The position numbers were made by a program, and so were the translations under genes. From Lytechinus pictus (Eukaryota), in NCBI RefSeq assembly GCF_037042905.1, contig NC_087245.1, positions 33,234,001 through 33,298,000 on the forward strand: a stretch of DNA of 64,000 nucleotides, written 5' to 3'. The notes under the pieces were generated by a model. The model searched no databases. It was not told where the DNA came from and worked only from the letters and a program-made list of their open reading frames with translations. This document shows, one piece after another, positions 51,960 to 64,000 of the stretch. Every line of letters starts with the position of its first letter. Within the stretch, counting starts at the first letter, position 1.

Positions 51960-52725
51960 ACAGAACACAGTGTCATACAGTGCATCACACAGTGTGTTCA
52001 CATAGTCTGCTGTGTGAACACACTGTGAACACTCACACAGTTGAGATGGCCACAGTGTAAAATTTTCTATTCACTATTACATTTGAGTATTTCAACAGTG
52101 GAAATGATTCTCCACACTCCACTATTTGAACACACTGTGGACACTGAGTCAATGCAAGGTATCAACAGTGTGAAATTATCATCACACAGTTGAATTTGAG
52201 AATTTCAACAGTGTGAAGCACATCTTCACACAATCCACTAGGTGAACACACATGCTGTTGAGGTGTCACAATGAAAGTATCTCCACACTGTTGAATTTGA
52301 ACATTTTAACAGTGCAAATCACTGTTCACAAAACCCTGTTCACACTCACACTGTTCAGGTTCCAGCAGAGTGGAATTATCCTTACACTGTTAGATTTGAA
52401 TAATTTAACAAGATGACTCTTCACAGTCCACTAGGTGAACACACTGTGAACATTCACATTATTCAGATGCCCACAGTGAAATTATCTTCACACTGTTAAA
52501 TTTAATAATGTACATCACATTTCATGTAGTCCACAATGCGAACACACTGTGAAATCTCATACTGTTGAGGCATGAAGTTATATTATCTGAGAATGACTCT
52601 GTGTTACTTAGGTCGTCATTGTGTGATATTATCTTTACATTGTTCAATTTGAACATTTTAACAGAAAAAATCACTATTCACTGTTCACTATATGAACACA
52701 CCATGAACACACTGTGTGACACTAT
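51960..52725. repeat. Second, more diverged array of the tandem repeat seen at 8550-9180 (period ~110-120 bp)
   Basis: Shares gtgaacacactgtgaaca, atttgagtatttcaacagtg and aattatcttcacactgtt, in the same orientation. Confidence 0.85.
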
Positions 52726-53449
52726 GTTCCTTCCAGCATGGTAAGAGAAGATGTTGACATAATATAGACCTGGCACCTTCAATATAAATCACTCGCCATC
52801 TCCCCTTCTCACAACTAGTTATCAACTGCTCTTGAAGATGCCTGAGAAGACAGAGAAGAAGACGCCACATTTATCAAAGATGCTCCCAGGAGCCTGGGTA
52901 GATGAAAGTTGATGGTTGCCATGCTACTTACATTGCTTGTTTGCACATTGAGACATACTCACACATGAAATGAGAATAGCCAATAGGATAGGAGGGTGGG
53001 ACAAGGGTGATACATAATGTATATGAGAGGAAGAAAGAGTGTTAGATACAATTCAATCTAAATTTGATTTAATTTCAAATCCTGTTAAGACTGCCAAATT
53101 AATGTTTAGGATTCTAATAAAATCAAGAATTAAGTTGGTTCCTTACCACAGTCGATCCGGATTTAAAATCTATGATATTCAGTGTGTATAATAACAAAAA
53201 CATGAAGCATTTAAAAATTCCTCTATCACCAAGACCCGATGTTTTACTGCTTATCTTGCTGTTGAACATAATTTGAATGATTAAAGATGATTATGATAAG
53301 GTTATAACATGACTTATTGAGGTCAACTTAATTCCAGTCTCATTGATGAGCAGATGTTTAAGATTATATTAAAGATATCTCTAATTAGATCTCTTCAATC
53401 AGAAACATATGAGGATTTCCCTCGGCAGTATCAGGCTTGTCGGGCTGTA

Positions 53450-53688
53450 CACAGCAAAAACTGTGGTGTTAACCGGTGTACATAGAGGACCACACCAATT
53501 ATTTTACACCGGTGTTAAATTGGTGGTGTTAGTTTAACACCTATAGGTGTTATTACAACACCTTTGGTTGTTACATTTACACTCTTTGGTGTTATGTTCA
53601 ATCTCTAGAGTGTAATTTTAACACCTCGGGGTGTGGTCCTCTATTAACACCAACTGGTGTCAGTTTTAACACCACAGTTTTTACAGTG
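53450..53688. mobile_element. MITE with CAC(A/T)G termini and TA TSD (EnSpm/CACTA-like)
   Basis: TA|cacagcaaaaactgtggtgttaa ... ttaacaccacagtttttacagtg|TA; internal ggtgtt/aacacc repeats. Confidence 0.85.
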
Positions 53689-56234
53689 TAGCTTATGGGC
53701 ATATCAGGGAATAAAGAGTATCTTTTTATCAACCTATCATCCAGGGTGAGAAGAGAACTCAGTTGCTGCCATAGAACTACAAGATCAAACACCATTCATC
53801 AAACACATAATCATCAAATTACCATTCATGCAAGTTGGTGTAACAATTTGAAATTACATTTGAAAAGATTCCAATGAAAAAATGATGATTCTGAATTTTT
53901 AAAAATGTAGAATCGTTGAAAATGTGATAAAGCATAACATTCCAGTGTGGTGTGGGGGTCTTTTTCCGTGTAATATGAATATGCTGCCCCACATGAGCTC
54001 ACCTTTATGTAGCAATCTACAGTGTAAACATTTTTTTTTTCAGAAAAGATATCATGATTTCACAAACTTAGGCTCAAGTACATACCAGATCCAGATCAAC
54101 AGAGATGTGAAAATTTACCTTGATTTTATAAAGATTTTCTAATGAAATCATTGTTTTCTGTAACTATAAACATAAATTGAGCTTTAAAACAAAGAAAGTA
54201 TCAGGGCAGTCATTCGTAGAGAATGCATCGGGTCACTGAAAAATACATTCATCCTATATTGTTTTTTTATGTTAATATTAATAAGAGACATATACAGCAT
54301 CATTGAAATTCAAGTATTAGACCGGCATCGGCAATACATGCACATGATTTTCTGATATTTCATCATTCCATGGAAAGTTCTAGTTATGATCCGTTATTAG
54401 CCTCAACTTTGATAGAAAAGGGCATTCACACCCTGCTAGAAAGTGCAATTACACAAACATCTGTCTGCTTTATATTAATTCTCCATGAAAAGTCAAAGAT
54501 GTTTTTTATTTCCAGGAATGTTTCATGAAGCATCTTGTCAGTGATTTTCAATGACTAATTTGTCCTCAACCAATCAGATGCAAGGATTTCAGTAGCTTAT
54601 AACAATAGTCAGTGATAATCACTGACTATTGGTTTCATGAACTGCTGCTCAGATCCCCAATGTTTATATGATGAACATGTTGGGTGGAGGTCTGTAGTTT
54701 GAAACACCAGACCCCAGAGACTATGTGTGGGACTGAAAATAATACAGTTCAATCTGATAATCAAACAATTCTACAGAAAGGAACAAATATCTCATTCCGG
54801 TTCGTATTTCAATCGCCCCCACATCACAACTCTTTGGAGGATACTAAACAGTTCCCCTTTTCAAAACTTTGAGGCTAACATGTTTCATTTCCTCTCCAAT
54901 AAATCTTGCGCATGCTGTAGGTCTCATAGATTTACCGTAGCTTTCAAATCTATGACAGAATACCCCTTTTGAAATCAATGCTCATTATATAATTTTTTTG
55001 CTGACAATAGAAAATAGCCCAATAAAAAAATAGAGGGACAGACATTTAATCTTGAATCTTTTCTGTCTCAATTTAAAAAAAAAGTTGAAATAATAGTGGG
55101 AAAAAAATAAAAAAACTCTTCAAATTAACTATTATTGATCAATGAATTGGGTCAACATGGTTTAACAACATATATTGTCATCCTCTTTTAAATAAACCCT
55201 GTCATAAATTATGGTCAAACTCAAACATCGATTCTGTCCAACTCATAAATCATGCAATCAATCAAACATTTGATTACTCATATTTGTATGAGGACAAATT
55301 ATGTAAGATTCATAAAACTTTTCTCAGAGAGACAATTTGATACCATTGCACTTGCATTATTTGTTTGATAAGTTGTTAAGTACGTGAGCCTTCTTTAATC
55401 AGGATTTCATTCTTGATTTCAGGCATCATGACTCAAGGTGTACTATAAGAGCTTCGCACCTATTTATACAACTCTCTACAAAATTCACCTGACAATTTGG
55501 GGGAGATCAAAATGCAATATTTACCCACTTCCTGAGTCATAGGTAAAAAAGGGCTTCTCTCACTAAACTCTCCAAGGGTCCCTACCTGTCTAACTTCAAG
55601 AGAATCATCAACACATTGCAGACACTTGGGAAGAGTGTAGAGGGGGGTAGCTGGCATAATCAAACAATTGGATCCAAATTTCTCTAGGAATATGCCCTAC
55701 TGTATTTAAAGGGAAATGTGAGAAATGGGCAAGTTTGCTTAAAAAACTCACAGAGGTCAGTCCCAAGATTGCATGAAACATGATTAAATCAGGTAGTGGA
55801 GTGAATATCAAATTCAAATAAAGATATTATTTATTCACATAAAAAATACAGACCTGGAAACTAATAACTTCCTATAGGACAATAGGGTTATTATACAAAT
55901 CTTTCATTATTTGAATGGGAAGTGATAATCCACTTATTGGATTGCATTGAATTTGGAGTAAGCTTCCCCTCAGGGGATTATTGTGATATGAAAACAGAGA
56001 AGAGGAAATATGGAGAGGGGATCAGCATGGTCCCTGGAATATTCGTATTTGCAGAGGAACTTTATATGAGAATTGTTCTAAATCTGTTAGATTCCCTCCA
56101 TTTCCATTTCATACCTAAATTAGTCTTGTTTCTCTCTTTTCCATTTTAAATGGCACTTTGTCAATCTTTATTTACAAGCATTACAAAAAAGCTTTCAACT
56201 TCACCACCATTTTCAAATGTTACATTTGCCATAA

Positions 56235-56466
56235 CCACTATCACCATCATCATATCACCATTATCACCTTCACAAACTCACCATCATCAGTATAATCATC
56301 ACCATTATCAACCTCTGTCATCACCATCATCATTATCATCACCACTAACACTCTTCTCTTCACCATCACCACCATTGTTATCATCCTTATCATCACTACC
56401 ACCACCACCACCACCACCATCATCATCATCACCACCACCACCACCACCACCACCATCATCATCATC

Positions 56467-56499
<33 letters not shown>

Positions 56500-56612
56500 T
56501 TCATCATCATCATCATCATCATCATCATTAATACCATCACCATGTTCATTTTCACCACCACCAGTTCTTTATCAAGTACGTGCTACCACCACAACCACCA
56601 TCATAATCATAA
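56235..56612. repeat. (CAT/CAC)n compound microsatellite
   Basis: Direct reading; explains the poly-Pro/Ser and poly-Met/Val ORFs. Confidence 0.97.
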
Positions 56613-58304
56613 CATAATACATTTTGCATCACAAGCATTATTCTAAATTTAATCGTTTTTAAACACATTCGATAAGAAAAAGACATCTTCTTATTTTCAG
56701 TCTGTATAAGAGCCTGTCTTGTATGGACATAAATGTCTCTTTCATGCCCCTTCCCCTTTCCACATGGTCATGATTTATGATATCCATGTGTTACCCTTCC
56801 CTCTGCATTAACTTCATTATGTTTACAGTGCTATTGACATTCAACTGACTAAATTAATGTTGAACTAGACTAAGCATTGCCTTAGGGTAACCTCAAAGAG
56901 AAGAAACATTTCTTGATAAATACAAGAGAATAAAAGGAATATCAATATTGCTGTCTTTGATAATAACTCTTTATCAAGCAACTTTTGCAGAACAAGTTCC
57001 TTTCATTACAATCGCTTTTTAGTTCATTAGTTTATCAGGTAAAAAATAAGAAAGGGGTTTTAATTAATAAAAACATATTTTATATAAATTATGAGATGAA
57101 CAAATCGAGCAATGATACCAGTTTTTCGAATCATGATCATTAATCATTATAAAATCCATTGAATTTACATCAAACTTTTATTTTGGGGTGTTTTATACAA
57201 ATACAGCACATACCTAAGTGGCAAGTATTTCTTTGAAAGGTATCCCACATCAGAGAGGATTTCAATTATAATTTACTTCAAGAAAGTAGTACACTGTTTT
57301 TTCAGTCAATTCATGTAAAACCCATTTCCATTTCCTGCAAAAAAAATTCTACATCTCTTCCAAAAATGCTATTTAAGCTGTAAATATTACTGCCATTAAT
57401 ACGAGACAGGACAAGCTTGTAACATTTGAAGACCAAATCAAAACCAAAGCCCCAACTCCCAGACCCATCCCCAACCAGTGAAGTACCCCTCATAACCTTA
57501 CAGAGTAATTGTAGAATTACACACAGCTCTGTGAGAGCTCTTTTGTTGACATCCAAAGTTCAATGAACTTTGTCCCCATAACAAGGCCAGTTGAGGTCAA
57601 GCTCCTATAATTGGAGATTACCACTGCTTTAGTGGGTTTTTATAACCTCATGGGGGCAAACTTACACCCGTGGATATACCACCTGGTGGTGTTCTGGGTT
57701 GGCTGGGGATTATGCAACCATGTTTACTTACCAAACAAGGAAATATTGGTATGCAAATGACTAGTAGTCTTAAAATTCAGACATGCAAGGTTATAACTCA
57801 GAAAGTGAAAGGGAGGGGTGGAGTCGGGGAGAGAGAGGGGGTGGCAGTACAAAGCATACAGGTAGTAATCTGTTCATTAAGGCCTTTATTTACAAAAAAA
57901 AAACTATTATACTCCTATAAATCTGATTTCACTTGGCATATATTTAGAGGGCAGTGCAATACAATATATGATCATATTTTGTTATTTTGTGAACAATAAA
58001 TTGATAAATTAACTTTTCAGGGCTGACATTATCTGTATATTAGAAATTTTAATATCCCTCCTCTTGGAAACATAAAAAATGAGAACAACTGTCTGAAAAG
58101 AGAATAATTGAGTTATGTAGTAAAATAACCCATCATAATTAAATGGAAATCACTGTAGAATTGTGTAATTGTCAACCTATCTATAAAAATACTGCTACCT
58201 ACAGGGCCATGACAAATATGAAGGTGTGAAGGATAGGTGCTCTCAAAATATTAATATCTCCTGTCTAAATCTTCAAGCTTATGGTGCAAGACATTTGCAA
58301 TTAA

Positions 58305-58904
58305 AGGACAAGTCCAGCCCAACAAAAAGTGGATTTGAATAAAAAGGGAAAAATCCAAAAAGCAAAACACTGAAAGTTTCATCAAAATCGGATATAAAAT
58401 AAGAAAATTATTACCTTTTTAAGTTTCGCTTAATTTCACAAAAAAGTTATATGCACATCCCGGTCGGTATGGAAATGAGGGAACTGATGACATAACTCAC
58501 TCACTATTTCTTTTGTATTTTATTATACGAAATATGAAATATTCTAATTTTCTCCTCATTGTCCTGCGAAACAAAGTTATATTTTGCCCTGAATATGTGG
58601 AATTTCCATTGTTTAACGTTTTATGGTTCAGTCAAGTTAGCCTTTATTGTCAATCTGTAAAAATTGAAATATTGTATAATTCAAACAATAAAAAACAAAA
58701 GAAATAGTGAGGGACATCATCGATTCCCTCATTTGCATGTGACTAAATTGTGCATATAACTATTTTGTGAAAAATAATCAAAACTTTAAAATGTCATAAC
58801 TTTCTTATTTTACATCAGATTTTGATGAAATTTTCAGCATTATGCTTGTCTGATTTTTCTCTATTGATTCAAATCAACATTTTTTTCTTAGATGGACTTG
58901 ACCT
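58305..58904. mobile_element. TTAA-flanked MITE with AGG termini (Kolobok-type) and long imperfect inverted arms
   Basis: TTAA|aggacaagtcca ... tggacttgacct|TTAA; subterminal tttcatcaaaatc / gattttgatgaaa and aaaataagaaa / tttcttatttt. Confidence 0.9.
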
Positions 58905-60078
58905 TTAAGCTGAGCTACAAGTTTAGCACCATTTTGTAGACAAAGTTAATGAAAAGGCATCCACAATGTTGCAATGACACCACACAACAAAATTGCAGAT
59001 GAATAAAATTTCTTCAAAAGGGTTTGCATGAAATGATCTGTACAGACTCCAGAGTTTCATATGACATCAAAATTTTGGACGATATTTTAAGCCTTGAAAT
59101 ATTTTTCATTAATTTTTTCACTTCATTTCATTGATTTCCATTTCCAACAAGCGCAATATCATGTTTGGTTTCGTACATCTCGATAATGAGCAATAAACGT
59201 ACAGCAAATTTCTTTGTACAATGTAAAGTCAAGATTTTCACACAAACACTTTGAGAATGGAGGAGGCTGCTAAAAAAGCAGAACATGTAGAATGCAGCCT
59301 CCTATTTGAACATTCTTATAAACAGTATACACCAAAAGATCCCAGTACAAGATGAAAACTTTAGCACAAAACCAGAAGAAGCCTTTTCTCTCTTATTACT
59401 CGCATCTTCTTGTAATATTTTTTTATGGGCATTTCCATGCATCAGCATGTAACAAATTCACCACTAAGTGATAAACGACCCTGTGAAATTCAAACTGCAC
59501 CTAACCCCCATCTTTCTGTCCACTCCCTCTTACACCTTCAGCAATTTCAGCATGAAACGGAATGCTATCACAATACGAGGATACATCATTAGCACATTTC
59601 TATCTTACATTCTCCAAATATTGTATGTTGAGAGGTAAAGTGACATTGATGCAACTGCAGAGTGGATACCAGTGAATGTCTTTCTTGCTCTAAAATATTC
59701 AATGCCCTCCTCTGCATTATTTTGGCAAGAAGCCTCCGACAATGGGGGAGATGATATGGTTTGATACCCATGTCAAAATAGGACCTAAATACATCTGGAA
59801 AATGATATTGTATACTTTTTTGGGGTTATATATCAAATCTTTTTCATTCTCCTTTTCTTTGCTCTTTCGAATGCATAGAGTAGAGCAGGAATTATGGATC
59901 GCCATCTTCTTCTCTACATATTCTCTGTAATTGAAAAAAAGAATCATTGATAAAGCTAGCCTATGTTAATAGGTATACAGATTGTAAACTCCCTTGTCAA
60001 ATGAAAGTGTGAAGCCACACGGAAGGCTTCAATTTAATTTATTGCAGAATATTTGTCAATGAAACGGAAACTTGAATT

Positions 60079-60261
60079 CAGTAGCGAACGCAGGATTTTG
60101 GAAAGGGGGGGTTTGAGTGGAATGAAAATTTGACAAGCAAAACAAAAAAGGGGGTTTTCACCCGATGAAAATTTGCTAAGCAAAAAAAAAAAAGGTTTTC
60201 AAAAAAAAACTGAGGGGTACAGGGGTTCAACCCCCCCCCCCCCCCCCTGCGTACAGGCCTG
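60079..60261. mobile_element. hAT-like MITE with 8-bp TSD CTTGAATT
   Basis: CTTGAATT|cagtagcgaacgcagg ... cctgcgtacaggcctg|CTTGAATT. Confidence 0.88.
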
Positions 60262-63200
60262 CTTGAATTTATATGAAATCAATTGAAACCACAGATATGA
60301 AAGGAATACAGTTCTTGTATGAAGTATATATATATATCATTCTTGTCACATGCCACTACCATGGGGCCTAATCAAGTGCTTTAATCACTGCAGTGGAAAT
60401 ATGCGATGATTGGATTGTACGGGCTCCAACATTCTACATGAACGTTTATTCAACATGGATATAAATAACCTGCTTTCATAGTTTAACCTAAGTATGTGAA
60501 TTATGACAAGTGCCACATATTGGATTTTATCCTTGGCAACACTGAATAGAAAAAGATGAATATCTTAAATGTACACAGTTTATAAATATTTTGGGGGGCC
60601 CAGAGATATCATAAAATATCATAAATCAATGTTTTGTGTGAAATCAAAATAAGTGATTTAATCAGATATAACATTTATCTAGATTTCTTTATCTGGATCT
60701 AATCATCTTTGTCAGATAACTTTAGCCAATTTGCTTTATGTAAACAGATTTATACAGATTGATATTTTAAGGAAGATTTTAGAGTTCTATTAGTCACGAT
60801 GCAAGTGAGATAGAATACCCTCTCAATCAATCAAATACCTGTAAATTTACAAGAACTAGCTCGGGTCTAAAAAACCCATCCGTACAAGAACCTTTGCGAG
60901 TACATTGTTGAAGAAATGAGCATGGGTGGTGGGGTCTGAGTAGCAGAAATAGGACAAAACTATTAAAATTAGCATTTCCATGAGGGCTACTGGATCAAAA
61001 GGTTCCTTCCTGAACAAATTTAGGACCCACAATTGAGAAAGCACTACACACCTCTTGAGAATGCAGCTATGCAGAGCGGAAATAAAAACATTTTCAGACA
61101 AATGGAAACAGCTGTCTCCTAGAAATTATGAGATACAACTGTATTTTCAATATGATTGGTAGTGTATACCCTTTCTGTTCAGTTAAAACTGTTGAATTAA
61201 ATTTTGCCTGAAGCTCTCTGTTAGATGATGAATCAAACCCCTTGTCAGACTTTATCATCAATGGCAATTTATCATGTTATCAATAGAGGATTTAGAATGA
61301 ATAAAATACAAGATTGACTGTGAATAGTGAGGGGCCCAATATTGGATTTACTTGTAAACCAAGTATTAATTCTCAAAAGATTTGAGTTCAAATCTTTTAT
61401 TTTTATATTTAAATTAATCCACAAGGATTAAATCTAAATCCTTGGAATTTAAAGAGTGTAGATCACACATCTGAATGCTCCTTTATCACCAGTGGTGCCT
61501 GATCACAACTTGAGATAAAATTAGAGAATGTGTTTTTAATAATTGATCTCTGGTGTGATTAAAGAACTTATATAGGCCTAGTAACTATATCCTTCACCCC
61601 TGTATTTCACACGAAGCGGGATTCCCCCCCCCAAAAAAAAAAAAATCATAAACTTTGAATAAGTGGCAATAATAATATTTAAAAAAAACATTGAATTAGC
61701 ATCAGAATGGGTGTTATACTCAGATGCCTATGTTGAGTCATAGACTTCCAAATATTCAATTTCTGAATTGAAAATCGAAAGAAAAATATGCTTAGCGCGC
61801 TACCTTAAACAACTTATACAGAACCTTAAAAAAAACCTATAATTGAATTCATTCATAACCAGTGTTAAGTACAAACCACAACACCTGTTCTGATATTAAC
61901 ATAGATTACTTGCATTCCACAGACAGCCTTGCAACGCACCTGTTCTTCACAGGTGTAAAATTCCAGAAGACAGGTGGAATGTATGTTACCTTCACACAAA
62001 ATTTACACCTGATTGAGAGCAACATCACCTTTCAAAGATGCCTGCACAATTTTGCAAACTCTGTGCAATCAGATAACAACTTTACTGCTGTTAATTGCAT
62101 GTATGACCATGAAAATAAAATTGGAAAGGATTGGGGTGAAAGAGGTAAATGTTATTACGGAATAAATTTTGTTTGTCACTTTCGAGGTCCCATAGGCTTA
62201 CAGGAGCTTACTCCACCCTCTGTGAAAAATATCAGAAGTTAATTTGAAATTATACCAGGAAAAAGCAATTAGTATTTGTCAAATATTTGTAACTCCAGTT
62301 AACTTTTTCATATTTCGAGGAATAAAACTTACAAGTGAGTGAAATTTTCTCAGTGAGCAAATTTATCTTCAGGGATTCTGAAAAGTTGTGAAGCATGAGA
62401 TGGATATGGGTTTAAATTTAACTAATGTTTGATTTACATATACCGGTACATGTCAATAGTCACCTTTGCTTTGAGTATGGCAGCCAGGTACAGAATGCTT
62501 TGTAAAGGTGCAAGAAATCTCTTTAATTTAATTATCTGGCAATCGTAGAGAAATAACACATTTGTTAAAAGAATGATCCATGTGTAAAATAAGAGTTATA
62601 ACTTTAAAAATTTATCTCAATAGACAGTATACACTTGATGCAGGAATCAAACGATAATACTCTATTTTGTATTCAATGTTGCTCTAGTATTTAAGTACAG
62701 TAAGAAAATATTTCAATGTAAACCATGTTCTCTTAAATATATTCTCTATTTCCATCCACTATTCAATCTTCCAGTTTCCCACTGAATACTGACCAAGTAT
62801 CTTCTTTTTTTTCTGGCTGATGATTTTTGTTTTATTTCAAATGATGAGATATATGACATCAATGAATCACACAAAGAGATAACAATGGAGCCAGCGTCTG
62901 TAAACTCATCCCCAAATCATTAAAGGAATGAGTCATCGGCATCCTCATAATCAGCAATTTACCAACTCTGAGAAAAAAAATGAAATCATCTGCTATAACC
63001 ATTCTCCACAAACATTTAGAATTCTGCTCATGACTGCTACACAAGACACAAACATCAGTTAATGGGACTGCAGATTCCATCACAATTTTCTAGATTGTCA
63101 TTTCCTTGATTCTTTTGTCTTCAAATTGGCTATAATCCTTTAGGGACCTGTAAATTAGGGATGATCTCATTTTCAGAATATCATTCAAATACACTTGAGT

Positions 63201-64000
63201 ATACAACCAAGTTCCAACAGGGGAAAGTAAGATACTTTATGATATGGTTGTGCATTTTTTTTTGCAAAGTACATGTATGCCTAAAATTTACTAATATGAT
63301 TCATGCTAATAATAGTAAACAAATTACAAATATTTTGGTAAATAGAGAAAGATGTAATCACAAACAGATTTGCATTGAAAATGATGTTGGAAATCATGAA
63401 TTGGTTCAATTTTTATAAATAAGACATATAAGAAATGTCACTTGTAATCTTTTGTTCACAGACAGACAAAAAAATTTTCATTAAGCCATTGAGAATCATG
63501 ATTTACAATATAGTCTTCCAATTACCAGTTTATGACAAAACATGCAGTAAGACATTCATTCAAAGCTGCCTATCATTTTATTCTGTGACTTACATACAAA
63601 GACAGTATCCTTGTTTTTATAGCACCATTGGTAAATTATGTCACATACCCATTTCTGCTCATAAATCATGGGTATAATATCTATTGGCATGGTTTCTTAG
63701 AGTATCTGACTGTCATGGTCATAATGAAGGATTCAGAGTCAGCTGAATATTATGCTTGCTGTGTTTATTTATGATGACCAGCTGTAATGACAGTTGACTG
63801 AATCAGTTAGTCTATGTGAGAAGACCTACAACGTGTGACCTATATTCATAACACTTCACTCTCTATATACTATACACATTGAACCTTAGTTTCTTCTAAG
63901 TTTCTTCTTTTATTATAATACTGGTGTACATATTGGATAGGGGCAGATGGAGGGGGGGCACAGGGGGAGACAACAGCTTTCTCAATGAGTGGCAAATGAC

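Noticed and set aside
56150..56617. Pro/Ser-rich 155-aa ORF
   Set aside because: Translation of the (CAT/CAC)n microsatellite
1..64000. Apparent enrichment of AP-1 sites (TGAGTCA/TGACTCA)
   Set aside because: About a dozen seen by eye against a rough chance expectation of ~8 for this composition; not convincing without a proper test

Overview
AT-rich eukaryotic (metazoan) genomic DNA, almost all intronic. The repeat repertoire suggests an echinoderm such as a sea urchin, but that is an inference. There are no prokaryotic operons, rRNA genes or CRISPR arrays, and nearly all listed ORFs are spurious. Two real minus-strand exons (27660-27774, 115 nt; 27124-27161, 38 nt) have canonical splice sites and splice in frame to a C1 zinc-finger (PQEAVESKTHTFKTRIFRNPHSCGFCKEIIWNEGRICR|VCRFACHKRCEYK). 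This resembles the N-terminal C1 domain of tensins, so the window is probably the 5' intronic part of a tensin gene. Candidate alternative first exons and micro-exons lie at 12029-12052, 9580-9615, ~34521 and ~35720. The most striking insertion is a 1.76-kb TTAA-flanked Kolobok-type DNA transposon (38791-40548). An internal deletion with 2-bp microhomology has joined the 5' ends of its two convergent genes: a THAP transposase and a Cys-rich protein resembling KolX / the P2X7 'ballast' domain. The rest is tRNA-derived SINEs, many MITEs with clear TIRs and TSDs (one a hairpin-within-hairpin), a hairpin-containing tandem repeat at two loci, and microsatellites.
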